Under the pieces are notes generated by a model. It had not been told where the DNA came from, made no database searches, and was given only the letters and a program-made list of their open reading frames with translations. Positions 35,787 to 50,017 of a stretch of 64,000 nucleotides of DNA are shown here, one piece after another. The position numbers and the translations under genes are program-made. How positions within the stretch are numbered: position 1 is the first letter of the stretch; the number at the start of each line of letters is the position of its first letter. Source of the stretch: Mytilus edulis (Eukaryota); assembly GCF_963676685.1 (NCBI RefSeq), contig NC_092344.1, forward strand, positions 104,594,001 through 104,658,000, given 5' to 3'.

Positions 35787-38700
35787 TCAAGTTGATATAC
35801 TTGATTTTTGAATGTCTGGTCTTTCGATGACTATCACGGTTTGGTCTTTTGATGGAGTTTTTGCGCACTTCACAAATCTGAAAAAGAAACCAAAATTATC
35901 ATCTGATTTCTACAACACTAGATTATGATTATTACTAATTACTCAATATCTACATGTCACACATAAATTCAAAATTAAGATTTAGAATTTTTTTTAAATG
36001 CAGACTTCCATGCCTCGTACATTTTACTTTGAAACAATTCATTGCTCTTTCGTGTGAATCAATATATCTTAGAAACTTATGAAACAAAACGTTGATAAAA
36101 CGTTCTTTCTTCGTTACAGGTTTATTCGGCATTATTAACAACATCTTAGAAAATGCTTTTGGACAAAAACTTCATCATATATATTGACAAAAGTAAGACG
36201 GCAATCAAATCATACACGAAGGGCGGGCACCACAATGGCTAAATCACTAAACAGAATATAAACGATTGAGAAATGTTTTCTCACAGTTGTTGAACTCCTG
36301 TGCGCTAGCAGTTCCTTATCTAGTAGTTCCTTATCTATATAGCTGCTGACACTCCTGTGTTTTGTGTAGTGCAGGAATATAGTTTTATTTTGTGATTAAC
36401 GTTTCAAGTACATTTAATTATATATGATATAATATTTAAACTACAAAGTAAAACCAGGTTCTTTCATAATTTTATGATTCAAAAATATGACTTGAAATGA
36501 ATTTTTAAACAACTTACATTATCATCATAATAAGAGCTAATAATGGAAATCCAGCCATTACAAAGAAGACGAATCCTTTGTAGAATGTCACTGTTTGGTG
36601 GTAGATGTTATTGAATAAGGTAGCTGCACAAATTTGACACACAGCTTCTATCAGATATACATTAGAAAATAGTGCTCCTGGAATTAAAAATACTACGAAC
36701 TCTTAAAACTATTACATTTCAAGAAAAATTGAGAATTTACTAACATGCATATCTTTATTAGATTATGAAATAAAAAGTACACCACTGACATAATACATAC
36801 ACGCATGACTCTATTTTTTATTGATGTTCTTTTATGTACCAACTATGTCTAAAGAAAGATCTTCTCAATCAATGATTCATCACAAGCTTTAATTGTATAT
36901 CTTGACGTCGCACTCTTAAATCTTATCGCAGCACAGTTTATATGTTGGTGCACCACTTACCTTGTTTTTATTTGGATGCACCGCTGACCATGTATATCTG
37001 TATGTACAACTCCCATGGTTAATCTTGAAATACTACTCACAGTATTCATATTGGAGTACTTATTTTCTTGTGTCTCTTTCAGTACATTAAATTGTGTGTA
37101 TCTTGACATACATATAAGTTTGATGATTAATCTAAGTGTACCACTCAACTTGTTTATTGTGTTTAACCGGTTGTCTTGTTGATCTTGTTGTATCACTAGT
37201 TTAATATATCTTGGTAGTTAATAGTTGTTATCCATTTGTTTGATGTGTTTTATCTTTGGATTTTGCCATTTAATTAGGGACTTTCCGTTTTGAATTTACC
37301 TCGGAGTTCAGTATTTTTGTGATTTTACTTTTTGATGTAAAACTGAATTTTTTTATTTAAGTGCATCAGTTTTTTCTGTTGTTTCACTTACCTTGCTTAT
37401 TGGGATGTACAACTCTGGATAGCATGGCTTTAATTACGGGTATTGGTAGAATTTGTAAAATAGCAGCTGCTGCAGCTATAAAATATATCACAGGTGTTTA
37501 AACTAATTGAAAAAATGTCAAATAAGTATAGTATTATGTCGATGAATATTATAGACTGCTAATTATGAGAGCGGTGAAACCATTGACAAAAACGCAAATA
37601 AATCATTTTTTCGATTGTTACTTCATTTATTGTGAAATGCAGTTCTTTATTATACCAAACGGACAAATGTTTGTAAATAGTTATCAAAGGTACCAGGATT
37701 ATAATTTAGTACGCTAGGCGCGCGTTTCGTCTACATAAGACTCAGGTGAGACCCTCCGATCAAAAAAGTTATAAAGCCAAAGAAGTACAAGGTTGAAGAG
37801 CATTGAATTGTCTGATTTATGTTATTCTCAATTTGAGTTTCTCAGTAATTCTTTAACACAAAAACGTCACCTATCGTCACAGCCTTGAGCTACTCTAGCA
37901 AAATCAAATCATGTAATTTTAACCCCCCCCCCCCCCCCCCACACACACTAAAATAATCAGCATGTGTATGAATGGTTGGTTCAATAACACACGATTTGAA
38001 TCACGATTAAACGGGGGAATAATTACGCAAGTCATCTTAAACGATAATGTTTTAGACTCATAATAATGTCTTAATATAAATAGATTCCGTTTCGAAAACA
38101 AATCCTTCTCTTAAATGTTTGCTTTTTAATTGTTTGATTGGTCTGTTTTCAAGCTGCATATGTTTCATACAGCAAATTAATTAATTAAATTTAGTTAATA
38201 TTTTACCTCCAAACAACATCCAACTATTTTTTGATAATCCATATAGTATAAAACTTGCAATAGAGGACAAAAAACCAAATGATACTATCAATTCGTCTGT
38301 AATATTTTTGAAGCATATCTGTAAACCTTTAAGAATAATTAATCCGCCTACAAACACTACAATATCATTGCAACCACTAAACCAACCGATGAATTCTGCA
38401 GACCAACAAAATGGTGAACTCAAGGTATATATCATTCTTATAGAGCTGCTTGCAGACATAGGCATCAAATAAATAAAAAATATTAACAGATAAATCAAAA
38501 CGTAATTTACCCTGCCGGTTATATTTTCACTTCTGGTACACCAGGAAAATATTTCTCCGAGAGAGATATTGACATTTGTGTTTTTGCTTCTCCACTATTC
38601 TTCCAAGACTCATTTAAAGTGATAAGCACTAAAATTGCTAAAATGAAAACAATTCCGCCTGAAATAGCGAACGGATATATAAACCCGGCAAATTCTATCA

Positions 38701-39334
38701 AATATCCCGAACTAATATAAGAGAAGAAAATTCCAAATCCTAATAATGCATCATATGAAGCCATTACAATCGTTCTTTCTTTCCCTTTTGATGTTCCGTC
38801 TGCTAACAATGACAAACTTGCAATGTGAAAAGTATTATATGTTCCAGAAAGGCCTTCAGCTGCAAACCCGATTAAAAAATAATACAAATTAAGATCAAAG
38901 TAAATAGCTACCGTCTTCATTGCAAATGAAATGGTCAAAACTAATAAATTCCATAGCAAAATCTTTTTCCGTCCTATTTTATCTACCATAGGTCCAAAGA
39001 ACATAATAAAGGGAATTGCAATTCCGAATTTTACAAGTGTAATATACCATGACCAGTCGGACGCTATGGCCTGTATTTCATCGTCAGAAGTACCATTTGC
39101 ATTACAACTCTGAGTTACAAATTTCGAACGATTCTGATTGGATTCCAATGTCGAATTGTTTGCAAAGTCATGATTTTTAACGTAAGCATAAACAAATTGT
39201 GTCGTTGCTGGACTGGAAATAGACAAACCAAGGGTATAAATAACAACATAAATCATAACTTTGACACGTGTGCTTATCCATGTTGATTTCTGCCGAAGAC
39301 GTTGCTCATTCAATAGCGGTTTGTGTTCCTCCAT
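35787..39334 (-). pseudogene. SLC46-like MFS transporter, paralog B (+2 frameshift)
   Basis: Exons 39334-38207, 37475-37392, 36677-36518, 35877-35787. Motifs GPMVDKIGRK and PFCWSAEFIGWF. There is an extra dinucleotide in the (GA)4 run at 38559-38566. Confidence 0.82.
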
Positions 39335-39540
39335 TCAAAGATTTAACTTCCACTTTTATATAACAGAAATATGCATATGATATAGTGTACAAATTTGTGT
39401 TTGCTATCATTTTTGGATAGATTATGATATATGATAGGTCAGATGAACTTACTCTTATATAACTAATCTACAGATAGTATCTACAATGTTTGCATTACTT
39501 GTCATACATTCTAAATTTGACATATTTACATGTTCCTTTA

Positions 39541-40500
39541 CTCATATGATGATGACTTCATACAGAAACTTCTCCGGAAGAAAGCAAAGAAGTTAGCAGT
39601 ATCATTTAACTTCGCTGTCCGCTATTCAGACGATAGTTATTTTCTAACTTAATAATTAAAAATTTGGTAACTTTGTTGAACGCATATATCCTATCGAACG
39701 TATGATTAAGGATACAGTATATACAGTTAAGTTTGTCTCATATTTCTATCTACATCTACAAATTGGAAAAGTTAGACAGTTGATAAAACCAGGTTTAATC
39801 CACCACTTTCTTAATAAGAAAATGCCTGAAAGTAGTTATGATTATGATAGTTGTTGTCTATTCGTTTGGTGTGTTTAAGCTTTTGATTTTGCTATTTAAC
39901 TATATAGGGACTTTCCGTTTTGAATTTTCTTTGGGAGTTTAGTATCTTTGCGATTTTACTTTTTGATAAAACTTTACAACAAAAGAGATGATTTCAGCTT
40001 TAATATTGTGAACTTTCCATTTCTATGTAGCAACATTCCAGCAGCACTTGCATACGAAGTGTATATCTCCAAGTTGGAACGATATTCTAGGGCTTTTTAT
40101 TTGTTATCATGGTTTCTTTTATATAGTGTTGCAGCTCATAATGAAGCTATCAAATTAAGATTTTCTATTGGTGAAGTTAAATTTAGCCACTCGTTTACGG
40201 ACGTCATCACGAGTTATGGAATATCTGTTTCATAAATGAGGGATATTTTCCAATTGTCGTAACTACAATCTTGTTCCCGTTTCTCCGAATGTGAAATACA
40301 GGTTAAGACTTACCAAGAAGTTTTATTTTGCATGTGCAATACAACAGTGCCACATGCAAAGCAGGACATGCTTACGCTTCAAGCGCACATGAAGTCACCC
40401 CCAGGATGGGATTCGTGTTGTTCAGTCTTTAGTTTTCTATATTGTGTTTTAAATACTGTTGTTTGTGATTTTCGTTTTATTATTTTTTATTTTTTAGCCT
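39541..40500 (+). mobile_element. Old Penelope-like RT fragment with a nested repeat (39785-39965)
   Basis: Decayed match to the 27670-28450 region, including KLYNKRDDFSFNIVNFPFLCSNIPAA. Confidence 0.8.
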
Positions 40501-41066
40501 TCTTCTTCTCCAGTTTATTTACCTTGCTAGTATATCATTTCTGCTCCCCTCCCCAAAAAACATTTTTTACAGAGGATGCTATAATACCAATTATTTATTC
40601 GACATTATATTTTGATTGACTGCATGCAACTGTTTGTTTGTAACATCGGGTTCCTTCTGGGAAAGATTATTTTAATGAATATATTTATACAACATATTTA
40701 TTTAATAAAAAAAAGATATAGTCAAACTGCTGTATTACTTGCCTGTAAACACTGGGTTTGTGAGTTCGAACCTTTCACGTATCAGTTGCATTTAACAAAT
40801 ATGACTAGAATTGCCTTTCCTAGCCTTTTAATCTCACTAAGAAAGTTGCAAATCTAATCTGAGTAACAAACCCCTTTTCATAAAAAAAAATGGATTTCAA
40901 AATGTGTAAATCAAATAATTTTGAATTTGTTGGTCTTTTGAATTTTCTTATTCCGTGATTACAACAGCAACTTTGCATATGTACAACTATGCAATATCAT
41001 ATTGACATTTTTATTCTTCTGACATATCTAATAAAAAAATATTTTAAATTGTTAAGTTGACAAATT

Positions 41067-42071
41067 TTATTTTTTAATGTCTGGTCTTTCGATGTCAATC
41101 TGGGTTCGCTCTTTTGAACAAACCTTCGCACACTTTACAAATCTGAAAGAGCAAAGAGAACTACCATGTAATGTCTACTTCATAAGGTTATAATTATTAC
41201 ATAGCACTGGCTGAGGAAATAAAGGCAACAGTATTATACTGCAGTTCCAAAAACATCTCAATGTGGGAAAATCAGCATATGAGAAAAAAAATCAAAAGGA
41301 AGTTTTAAGCAATGTATAGTTGGATTGTCAATTCTACTTTCTTATTTACCTTTGATGCCTTTAACATAATATTTTATATTCGATATAATACATTACTGCA
41401 AGTATCTTTGTGAAATTTAACCTCGGTTGAGCTTACGCATCGAAATGAATTTAGAAAAAAATAATATATCAAATTGACAATACCGAAGGAAACTATCGTT
41501 ATGCTTAACCACTCATATTGTTATACTTTTATTACAGGCACTCCATGCCAAGCTCGATTGTTCTTTTAATATTGAACTTTGAAAATATTTATTGTTATAT
41601 CATGTGGTTAAACATTTCAGAAAATATTGATAAAAAACGTTTGTAACAAGGTTATTCAGCATTATTCGGTGCACGTTCGTGCAATCATTTTTGCTATACT
41701 GCTTTTTGACAAACACTACATCATATATAGTAATAAAGGTATATATGAAGACAAGGTGGCACTAAAGTCGAAGAAGCGATATCACAATGTGCAAAAGAAA
41801 ACAAAAAAAAAATCAACAATTCATAAATAACGACACAAAAAGAACGATTGAGTTATGCATATCAACAGTTGTTGAAATCCGGCGCTAGGAGGTATAGCAG
41901 GTAACACTCATTGAAGTTGTGTGCTGCACCACTATTGTTTCTGTGATTAACGTTTCGAGAAAAATCCAAATAAAATATTACATTTTGAATACAAAATAAA
42001 ACCATGTTCTTATATAACGTTATGTTTCTAAAACCTGACTTGAACAATAATGTTTAAGCAACTTACATCAT
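41067..42071 (-). pseudogene. 3' remnant of a sixth SLC46-like paralog (exon-3 stub, intron 3, exon 4)
   Basis: Exon 41142-41067 encodes FVKCAKVCSKERTQIDIERPDIKK*, close to the last exon of paralog B. An orphan GTAAGT donor sits at 42061-42066. The intron resembles 35880-36517. Confidence 0.75.
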
Positions 42072-42425
42072 TGCTCCACGTGTGGCACCCGTCGTGTTGC
42101 TCATCTTGGTACAAACCGAGCAAAAAGTCTTACACGGTAGGTCACATTCGTGAAAAAGGGGACGGGATTTTAGTTACAACATTAGAAACATATCCACTTA
42201 CACCTGTGAACGGATATTCCCAAACGATAAACCAAATTCGGATGGCATCCGTAAAATTTACGAAGGAATGATTTCACGATTTGAAACTCTTGGTTCAAAA
42301 GCATCCATGTGACCAGCAACCCTCTATCTTGCAATTGATGATAGAAAATACAAGCCCGAGAATATCGTATGACTTGGGAGATATATACTCAGTATGCAGG
42401 CGCTGCTTGAATGTTGCTACATTGA
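42072..42425 (-). mobile_element. Old Penelope-like fragment
   Basis: The minus strand reads SNIQAAPAY*VYISQVIRYSRAC, followed by the PLE tail. Confidence 0.8.
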
Positions 42426-42688
42426 AACTTGCCACACCTTCATCAAAACTATCGCAAAGATAAACATACCACCTCAGTCACATCAATCAATTCCTTTGAA
42501 AGCACATTAAATAAAACAACAAACGGGCCATATGTACCGAAAAGATTTAATTTTCAAACAACATTTTTATTCTTAGAAAAAAATAACAAATAAAATAAAT
42601 ATATGAATAAAAACATGTAAGTAAATAACGAAGAGAGCTATTTTGCCATTTATGCAATAACCTGAAAATACTACTTCTTTACAAATTG

Positions 42689-45600
42689 TTAAGATGGCGT
42701 ATCTGAATTTTGTATTTGCGGATTGTCGATGTCTAGTTCGACTGGATCTCTTGTCGAATATGTCTTGCATGTAACAAATCTGAAATGACATAATTAAGAT
42801 CGTTCAAATATTTTAACATGCATGTGTATCTAGATGCTGATAGTTCATAGTACATTCTTAGACTTGTGTATTTTGTAAATTCGCAATCTGTAGTTGTAAC
42901 TTATAAAAAGGAGCCTTTATCCTAGCTATCGTTCTCAAAAACTTGTATCAAAGGTAACATTATTCATAGCACATACTATTCAAATATGTCGTTAATATAA
43001 ATATATAAGTACTTGGGATATAAGCCAAAACATTTCTAGAGGTCAAACATATACTAAGGTCGACAAAAAAATATTTGTGCAAAACATGTTAAGCTCTAAA
43101 GCTCGAAAAGATGCGAATAAATATGCCTATAATGATAATCCTAAAAAAAGTAACAGTAGTATATCGCTGTTAGAAAGTCATAAATTGATTGAGAAAAAAC
43201 GAATCCGGGTTACAAAACTTAAACCGAAGGAAAACAACGAAACAACAGAAACACTGAAGTGCAACAAAAAACCAAACGACAATGCAACACACACAGAAAC
43301 GAACTACAAAGGTATAAGATAACAACTGCCATTTTATTTTCCTGACTTGGCACAGGAAATTTTTAGAAAAAGAAATGGTGGGTTGATGCGTTTCCCTCAG
43401 TTTTAGTTTGTAACCCGGATTTGTGTTTTTTTTTTTCGCAATCGATTTATGAGTTTCGAACAGCGGAATACTACTGTTGCCTTTATTGAACCTTGTTTTG
43501 CCAAAACCTCGCGCTTTATATTTGGTGAAAAACTCATCAGATCTTATTTTCGTATGGTTTATACCAAGCTGAATCAAATTAAAGTTTTCTACGATGAAAA
43601 AACAATAATCAAGACATACTTAAGAACATGAGACATGCACATTGACAGTGCCATTCTATTAAATCATAAGACGGATTTTTCAATTTAGGCTGATTTTTAA
43701 TGTTAATCACAGTATTTTTTAAAACATCTTCGTTTATTTGGATGTCAACAAGCCACTTGGTTTTTTTTTACTTACATCATCATAACAAGAGCTATGAAAG
43801 GAAATCCTGCCATTACAAAGAACACAAATCCTTTGTGCAATGTAACTGTATGGTGATAGATGTTATTAAATAAGGTGGATCCAAAAATTGTACAAACTGT
43901 ATCTAACAGATATATATTCGAAAACAGTGCACCTGAAAGTAAAAATTTAAAAGTGTATCATTATTGAATAGTGATTTCAGTTAAAACTATTGACAGTAAT
44001 AAAATGTAGTAAAATTGTGGTTTGGCAGTAACAAAACCTTGATAAAGTAAGGTAGTGTAAACGTCAATAGTAAAATTGACCTATTTTTGATATAATGCTC
44101 TACAGGAGATGTAAAGTGTTTGTTTCTTTATGCTTAGTACTTTATTTGAAACATGCATTAATCCAGGTTTACTCCACCATTATCTACACGAGAAATTGTC
44201 TGTATTGAGTCAGGAATATGAGCGTTATTAATTATCCATTCTTTTGATGTGTTTGAGCTTTTGATTTTGCAAATTTGAATACGGAATTTTCTTCGGATTT
44301 CGGTATTTTGGGGATCCCCTTAATTTTTAATATCATCTTCATACAGTTTATTATAAAAAAAAAATGTAACTCTACGATAAGGTAAGGATATTTTTGGGTA
44401 ACATTTAAAATTTATGATCTATTTTAAAATAATAAAATGAAAAATTTGTCTGTCGTTTTTTTATGTTAAATTTTCAATGATTTTTAATAAATTTGTTCTT
44501 ATACTTTATGTTACCTTGTTTATCTTGGTGCACAGCTCTGGATAAAATGGCTTTGATCAAAGGTGTTGGTAGAATCTTAAGAATACCAACTCCCGCAGCT
44601 ACAAACAAATAGAAAATAAGAAACGAGTTGATATATCAATGTTTTAAGTTTGTCAAGACTACGTGTCTCTTTTATAAGCCGTAATTAAGATAATTGGTTT
44701 TCTCTTGTAAGCCGTTATTTAAGATATGATATTTGTTTCTTCAAGACTATCAATTTAAAATTGTAGTTAGCACTGTGAAATTGTCTTTAAGGGTACTAAA
44801 ATTGATTTCATTTTCTAAAGTTATAGAATCATATTCAAAACAGTGTAGCTGTGGCCATTGATTGACAACCTTAAATTATCCCATTGACTGGGGCATATTA
44901 GGTGAACGTATGTCTGTAACGACAACTGCTCACTACTCACTTGTTATAGAATTTAAACTGTGGGGTCACCAAAGGTTCTTAACGCCTTTAATATTAAAAT
45001 AGTTCGAAAAATTAATCAGAAATAACTTTATGTTTTGATTTATATTATTGATATAAATCAAAACATCGTGTTATTCCGGATTAGTTTTTCTAATTTCTTT
45101 ATTTAGGTGTTGAGAACCTTTTGTGACCCCACAGTTTAAGTGCCTTTAACAAGTACATAGTGAGCAGCGGTTGTTACAGACAAACGTTCACATAATCTGC
45201 CCCAGTCAATGGGATAATTTAAGGTTGTCAATCAATGGCCACAGCTACACTGTTTTGAATATGATTCTATATATAACTAAACACACATTCTTATTTGGTA
45301 ATAAAAGCGTTTTGAACAGTATCATTTGAAAAATTTCAGGAGGATTTTTAAGTCGTTAAATGTTTATAAGAATGGAATATTGAATAATGATTTGCTATAA
45401 TAACGATCAGTATGGTTCTATTTTGTTTCAAAATAAGATTTATAAAAAAAAAACTTCCTAGCTACATTATCATTTTACAGCAGGCAATTACTTCCCACTA
45501 GCTAAGTTCCCTTAAACTACATTTCATTACAATAGCTCGATCCAGTAACGTTAAACTATGTTGGTTGTTTGGTGGAGTATCGCCAATTATACTGACATCT

Positions 45601-46774
45601 TATTCACTAAGCCTTATATAGCATATAACTTACATTCATATATCATATGATCAGTCGTTGACAATCCGAATATAATGTAACTTGCCACAGAGGATAGTAA
45701 ACCAAATATTACAACCAGTTCGTCTTTAATATTTTTAAAACATGTCTGCAAAATTTTTAGAATAGCTGTTCCACCTACAAACACTACAATAGAACTAACA
45801 GCACTAAACCACCCGATTTTTTCCGAAGACCAACAAAATGGTGAACTCAAAGTAAATATAGTTGTTATAGATCCCGAGGATGGCATATTATAAATAAAGA
45901 ATATTAATAAATAAATTAAAATGTAACTAACACCACGGCTTATGTTTTCTACTTTTGTACACAAGGAAAATATTTGTCCTAAAAACACCGACACTTGTAT
46001 TCGACTTGTCGTTTCACGATGTACTAAAGAATCGTCTAAAGTAATTGCTACTAAAATTGTAAAGAAGAAAAATATTCCACCTGAAATAGCAAAAGGATAA
46101 ATAAAACCTGTGAACTCTATTAAATATCCTGTCCCTATAAAAGAAATGAAGGCTCCCAATCCTATTACCGCATCATATATCACCATGACAATAGTTCTGT
46201 CGTTTCCTTTTGATGTTGTATCTGCAAGCAGTGCACAGCTTGCTATACTGAAGGTTGAGAATGTTCCAGAAAGTCCTTCAATTGCGAATCCGACTAAAAA
46301 GTAATATAAGTTCAGTTTGAAATAAATTGTGAGTGTTTTAACTGCAAATGAAAGAGTCATTAATGATAAATTCCACAGTAAAACTGGTTTACGACCAATT
46401 CTATCTACCATAGGTCCAATGAAAATAATAAATGGAATAGCGATTCCGTACTCGGCTAGAGTAATATACCATGACCAGTCGGCCGATATCGCTTGTATCT
46501 TATCGTCGGAAGTACCATTTACATCACAAGTCTTAGATACATTTTTTGACTCACTTTTATTTGATTTCGTTGTCGAGTTATTTGTAGCGTCATGTTGTTT
46601 TACATATGCATAAATATATTGTGTTTGTGCTGAACCCGCAATTAGTAAAGCAATTGTATTGATCATCGCATATGTCATTACTTTCACACGTGTGCCTATC
46701 CATTTTGGCCTCTGTTGTTGCGGGATCTGTTGCACTTTCAGTAGAGGTTCGTTCTCATTTCCGCGGAAATCCAT
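42689..46774 (-). CDS. SLC46-like MFS transporter, paralog C (intact, ~490 aa)
   Basis: Exons 46774-45634, 44598-44515, 43932-43776, 42779-42689, phase-consistent. Motifs ENEPLL, GPMVDRIGRK and PFCWSSEKIGWF. Confidence 0.9.
44822..45271. mobile_element. 450-bp fold-back (whole-length palindromic) MITE
   Basis: The arms are reverse-complementary from TATAGAATCATATTCAAAACAG to a centre near 45046, with TA at both ends. Confidence 0.9.
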
Positions 46775-48062
46775 TGAGAAAAGCTTTCTTTTGTATATTA
46801 ATATAAAACTCTCACTTTTAATAGGTAGATTATACACATATGGCCGGTCAATGAATGTTTACCTGTATCGAATATATTTTAAAATCCTATATTAAATAAT
46901 TGACAGAACTGGTCAATGCATAGGTCACATTTTCGAACATATTTGGAATTAAATGTCCTACATTATGAACTTGTTATATGATCCGTACTAAAAATCAATA
47001 TGGATGTTACACCTGGAATGTTAAAAGATAGTTGTGAACGGAGCCATGAATAAGTGTGTAGACTTATAATTACATGTACATATACTTATTATATACTACA
47101 TGTAGAACACTGGCTTTATATTTGTAGTAGATTCCTAACAATAACTCAGACATTCGTATACCATATACTTGTAACACTAACTAGGTTATCCATTCAACAC
47201 CCTCACAAAATGTCCCTCGAGGGGAAAAGATGACCGCTGACATGATACTAATAATGAAAATGAACAGGAAATTTACAATGAAAATGAACGGGAAGTTTTT
47301 GTGAGAATTGTACAAATAGACGTCCTTATTAATTAAGCTTTATAAATACATGATTACAAGCGATATCAGTACGGCAGATATATTAGGATATGTGTTACCT
47401 TTTGCTATTAAAAGCATTGGATTGGTGATCTTGGTGAACAGATTTTTGTCTGCGTTTCTGATTGCCATTGAAATATGCTAGATTTTGCAATTATGTATCT
47501 GTGTTACCTATTGCATTTTGCAATAGGGTGTGTTATCATCATATTTCAATTTATATGATATTCTATGTGAACTCACGTTAACTTATAAAGAAGTTTTTAT
47601 GCGGTATCTGTTCTTGATTCCTTGATTTGTTTAAGTTCTTCGTATGGTTCCTGTGTGATACTTGCACACCTCTGCTTTTCCATATACACATGACCAAACA
47701 GCACAAACCACTGCCTAGGCTGGCATGTAAAAACGATGTTTTTAAAATTTGCTGTTACAAAATTTTTGTAATTACCAAAATTTAAGGAATGCATCTCCCT
47801 CATGTAAAGCTTTGATTCCTTGCCCGGCTTTGGCTATAATTTTGTCCTTTTTGGTTAATAGCTCTTCGTCCTTTTAATAAGCATTTGAAGTTTCAAATAT
47901 TTTGACCTCGAGCATCACTGAATGACATGGATAGTTGAAATGCGCATCTGTCGCAGAAACATTGGTAACTTTTATGTTATTAAAACTTGATTCTTAAATG
48001 AATTTATACAAAAGTTTTACTGGTGTTGAAAAAATCGTACCTTTCATGTCATTACCACTTAA

Positions 48063-48748
48063 TTACAGATACAGTTAAGTCGGCTTCATATCTTGACTTA
48101 CATCTAGAAATTGACAATGAGGGTCGGTTGAAAACAAAACTTTACGACAAAAGAGATGATTTCAGCTTTCCTATTGTGAACTTTCCATTTCTAAGTAGCA
48201 ACATTCCACCAGCACCTGCATACGGGGTATATATCTCCCAATTGATACGATATTCCCGTGCTTGCATTTCCTATCATGATTTTCTTGATAGAGGGTTACT
48301 GCTCACAAGGAAGCTATTAAACCAAGAGTTCCAAATGGTGAAGTTGAAATCATCCCTTCGTAAATTTTACGGACGCCATCACGAGTTGGTTGACCGTTAT
48401 GGAATAACCGTTTCACAAATGATATCGGATATGTTCCTTACGTCGTAACCACAATCCCCTTCCCTTTCATGAATGTGACCTACCGAATTAGACTATTTAC
48501 CGGATTTGTAATCACATAAGCAACACGACGGGTGCCACATGTGGAGCAGGATCTGCTTACCCTTCCGGAGCACCTGAGATCACCCCTAGTTTTTGGTAGG
48601 GTTGTTGTTTATTCTTTACTTTTTTTATGTTGTGTCATGTGTTCTATTGTTTTTCTGTTTGTCTTTTTCATTTTTAGCCATGGCGTTGTCAGTTTGTTTT
48701 AGATTTATGAGTTTGACTGTCCATTTGGTATCATTCGTCCCTCTTTTA
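48063..48748 (+). mobile_element. 5'-truncated young Penelope-like copy
   Basis: Near-identical to 27833-28520. The ORF ends ITVSQMISDMFLTS*. Confidence 0.92.
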
Positions 48749-50017
48749 ATTCTTAAAAATGAATCTATTCCAAATGCTTTTCTGCTAGCCAAAACAAACA
48801 TCTTCAAAAAAGGACATTTATGCTGTTTTGGAGAACGTTGATTTTGCTTAAAGGTTCAGGGTTTATATCAAACCCCTTAAACTAACAATTTTCTAGGTCG
48901 GGGTTGCGACCAAAGTTTTCCTAGAACTGTTTTGAATTGCGGTAAAATATGAGAAAAAATGACAACACACCTAATGTATAATCTTAAAAGAGTCCATAAC
49001 ATCGTAATTTATATTGTGAATATAATATTTTGTATTGAAACTTATAGCACATCAATATCTGTAAAATTTGTAGTTTTGACCAGATTTGTAAATTATGCAA
49101 ATCTTACGGTTATTTTTACCCTTCGTAAACCTACATGTAATATTTCTTTGTTCATACTCAAAACCTATATGTGTTGATCCTTCCATATTTCTACTACTGC
49201 ATGTACCATTTCTAACTAGAAGTAAGTTCTTCAGGTTAATCGTTACATTCACGATAAATTTTGTTCAAACATATAAAAAAAAAAGAAGATGTGGTATGAT
49301 TTCCAATGAGAAAACTCTCCCCCACAGTCCAAACGACATAGAACAGTTCCGTTTGACGGTTTGGTGTCTTCAGTAAAAAAAACATTATTTTGGAAGCGCT
49401 AGGTATGTGTATTTTTATACTTTTTTTATTATCGGATTCAGAAATTAACTATATATTTTGCTTTCATATTTTGTTATATCAATAAAAATAAATAAATATG
49501 CCAGAAAGAATAGGTGCGCCGTGAAGTCCAATTTAAAACAAAATTAAAAACCAGCACGTATGTAAATGAAGTGACTTTATTCCACCCAGGGTCCAAATGA
49601 CGATTGTACAAGGACATTGCTATGGCTTTAAAATATCTACTACATATTAAATTTACGCTTAAAATACATGACCTACTGAACTGCCCGAATTTCATATCTT
49701 AAGAGAACTCACATGACTTCGCATAATGTAACTAATAATATTGTGTTCTGCACATAAGAAAAACTATCTTATTTTCAGTTAAATTAAAACGACAAAGTAA
49801 TAGTTGATGTTAATGTTTATCTTCTTCGAGCATAATTTTAATCTTAAAACAGGCCATTTCATAGATTTAAATGACCCCCTTTACCACCAGTTTACGGTGT
49901 TATTTTCAGTATTGTGGCCGCACTTTAGCTGAAGATGTACCATAAAAAACATATTTTCTTTCCTAACACTTAAAGGAGATATTCAGTTCACCAGTTGTCG
50001 CATATACGGTCTAACCA

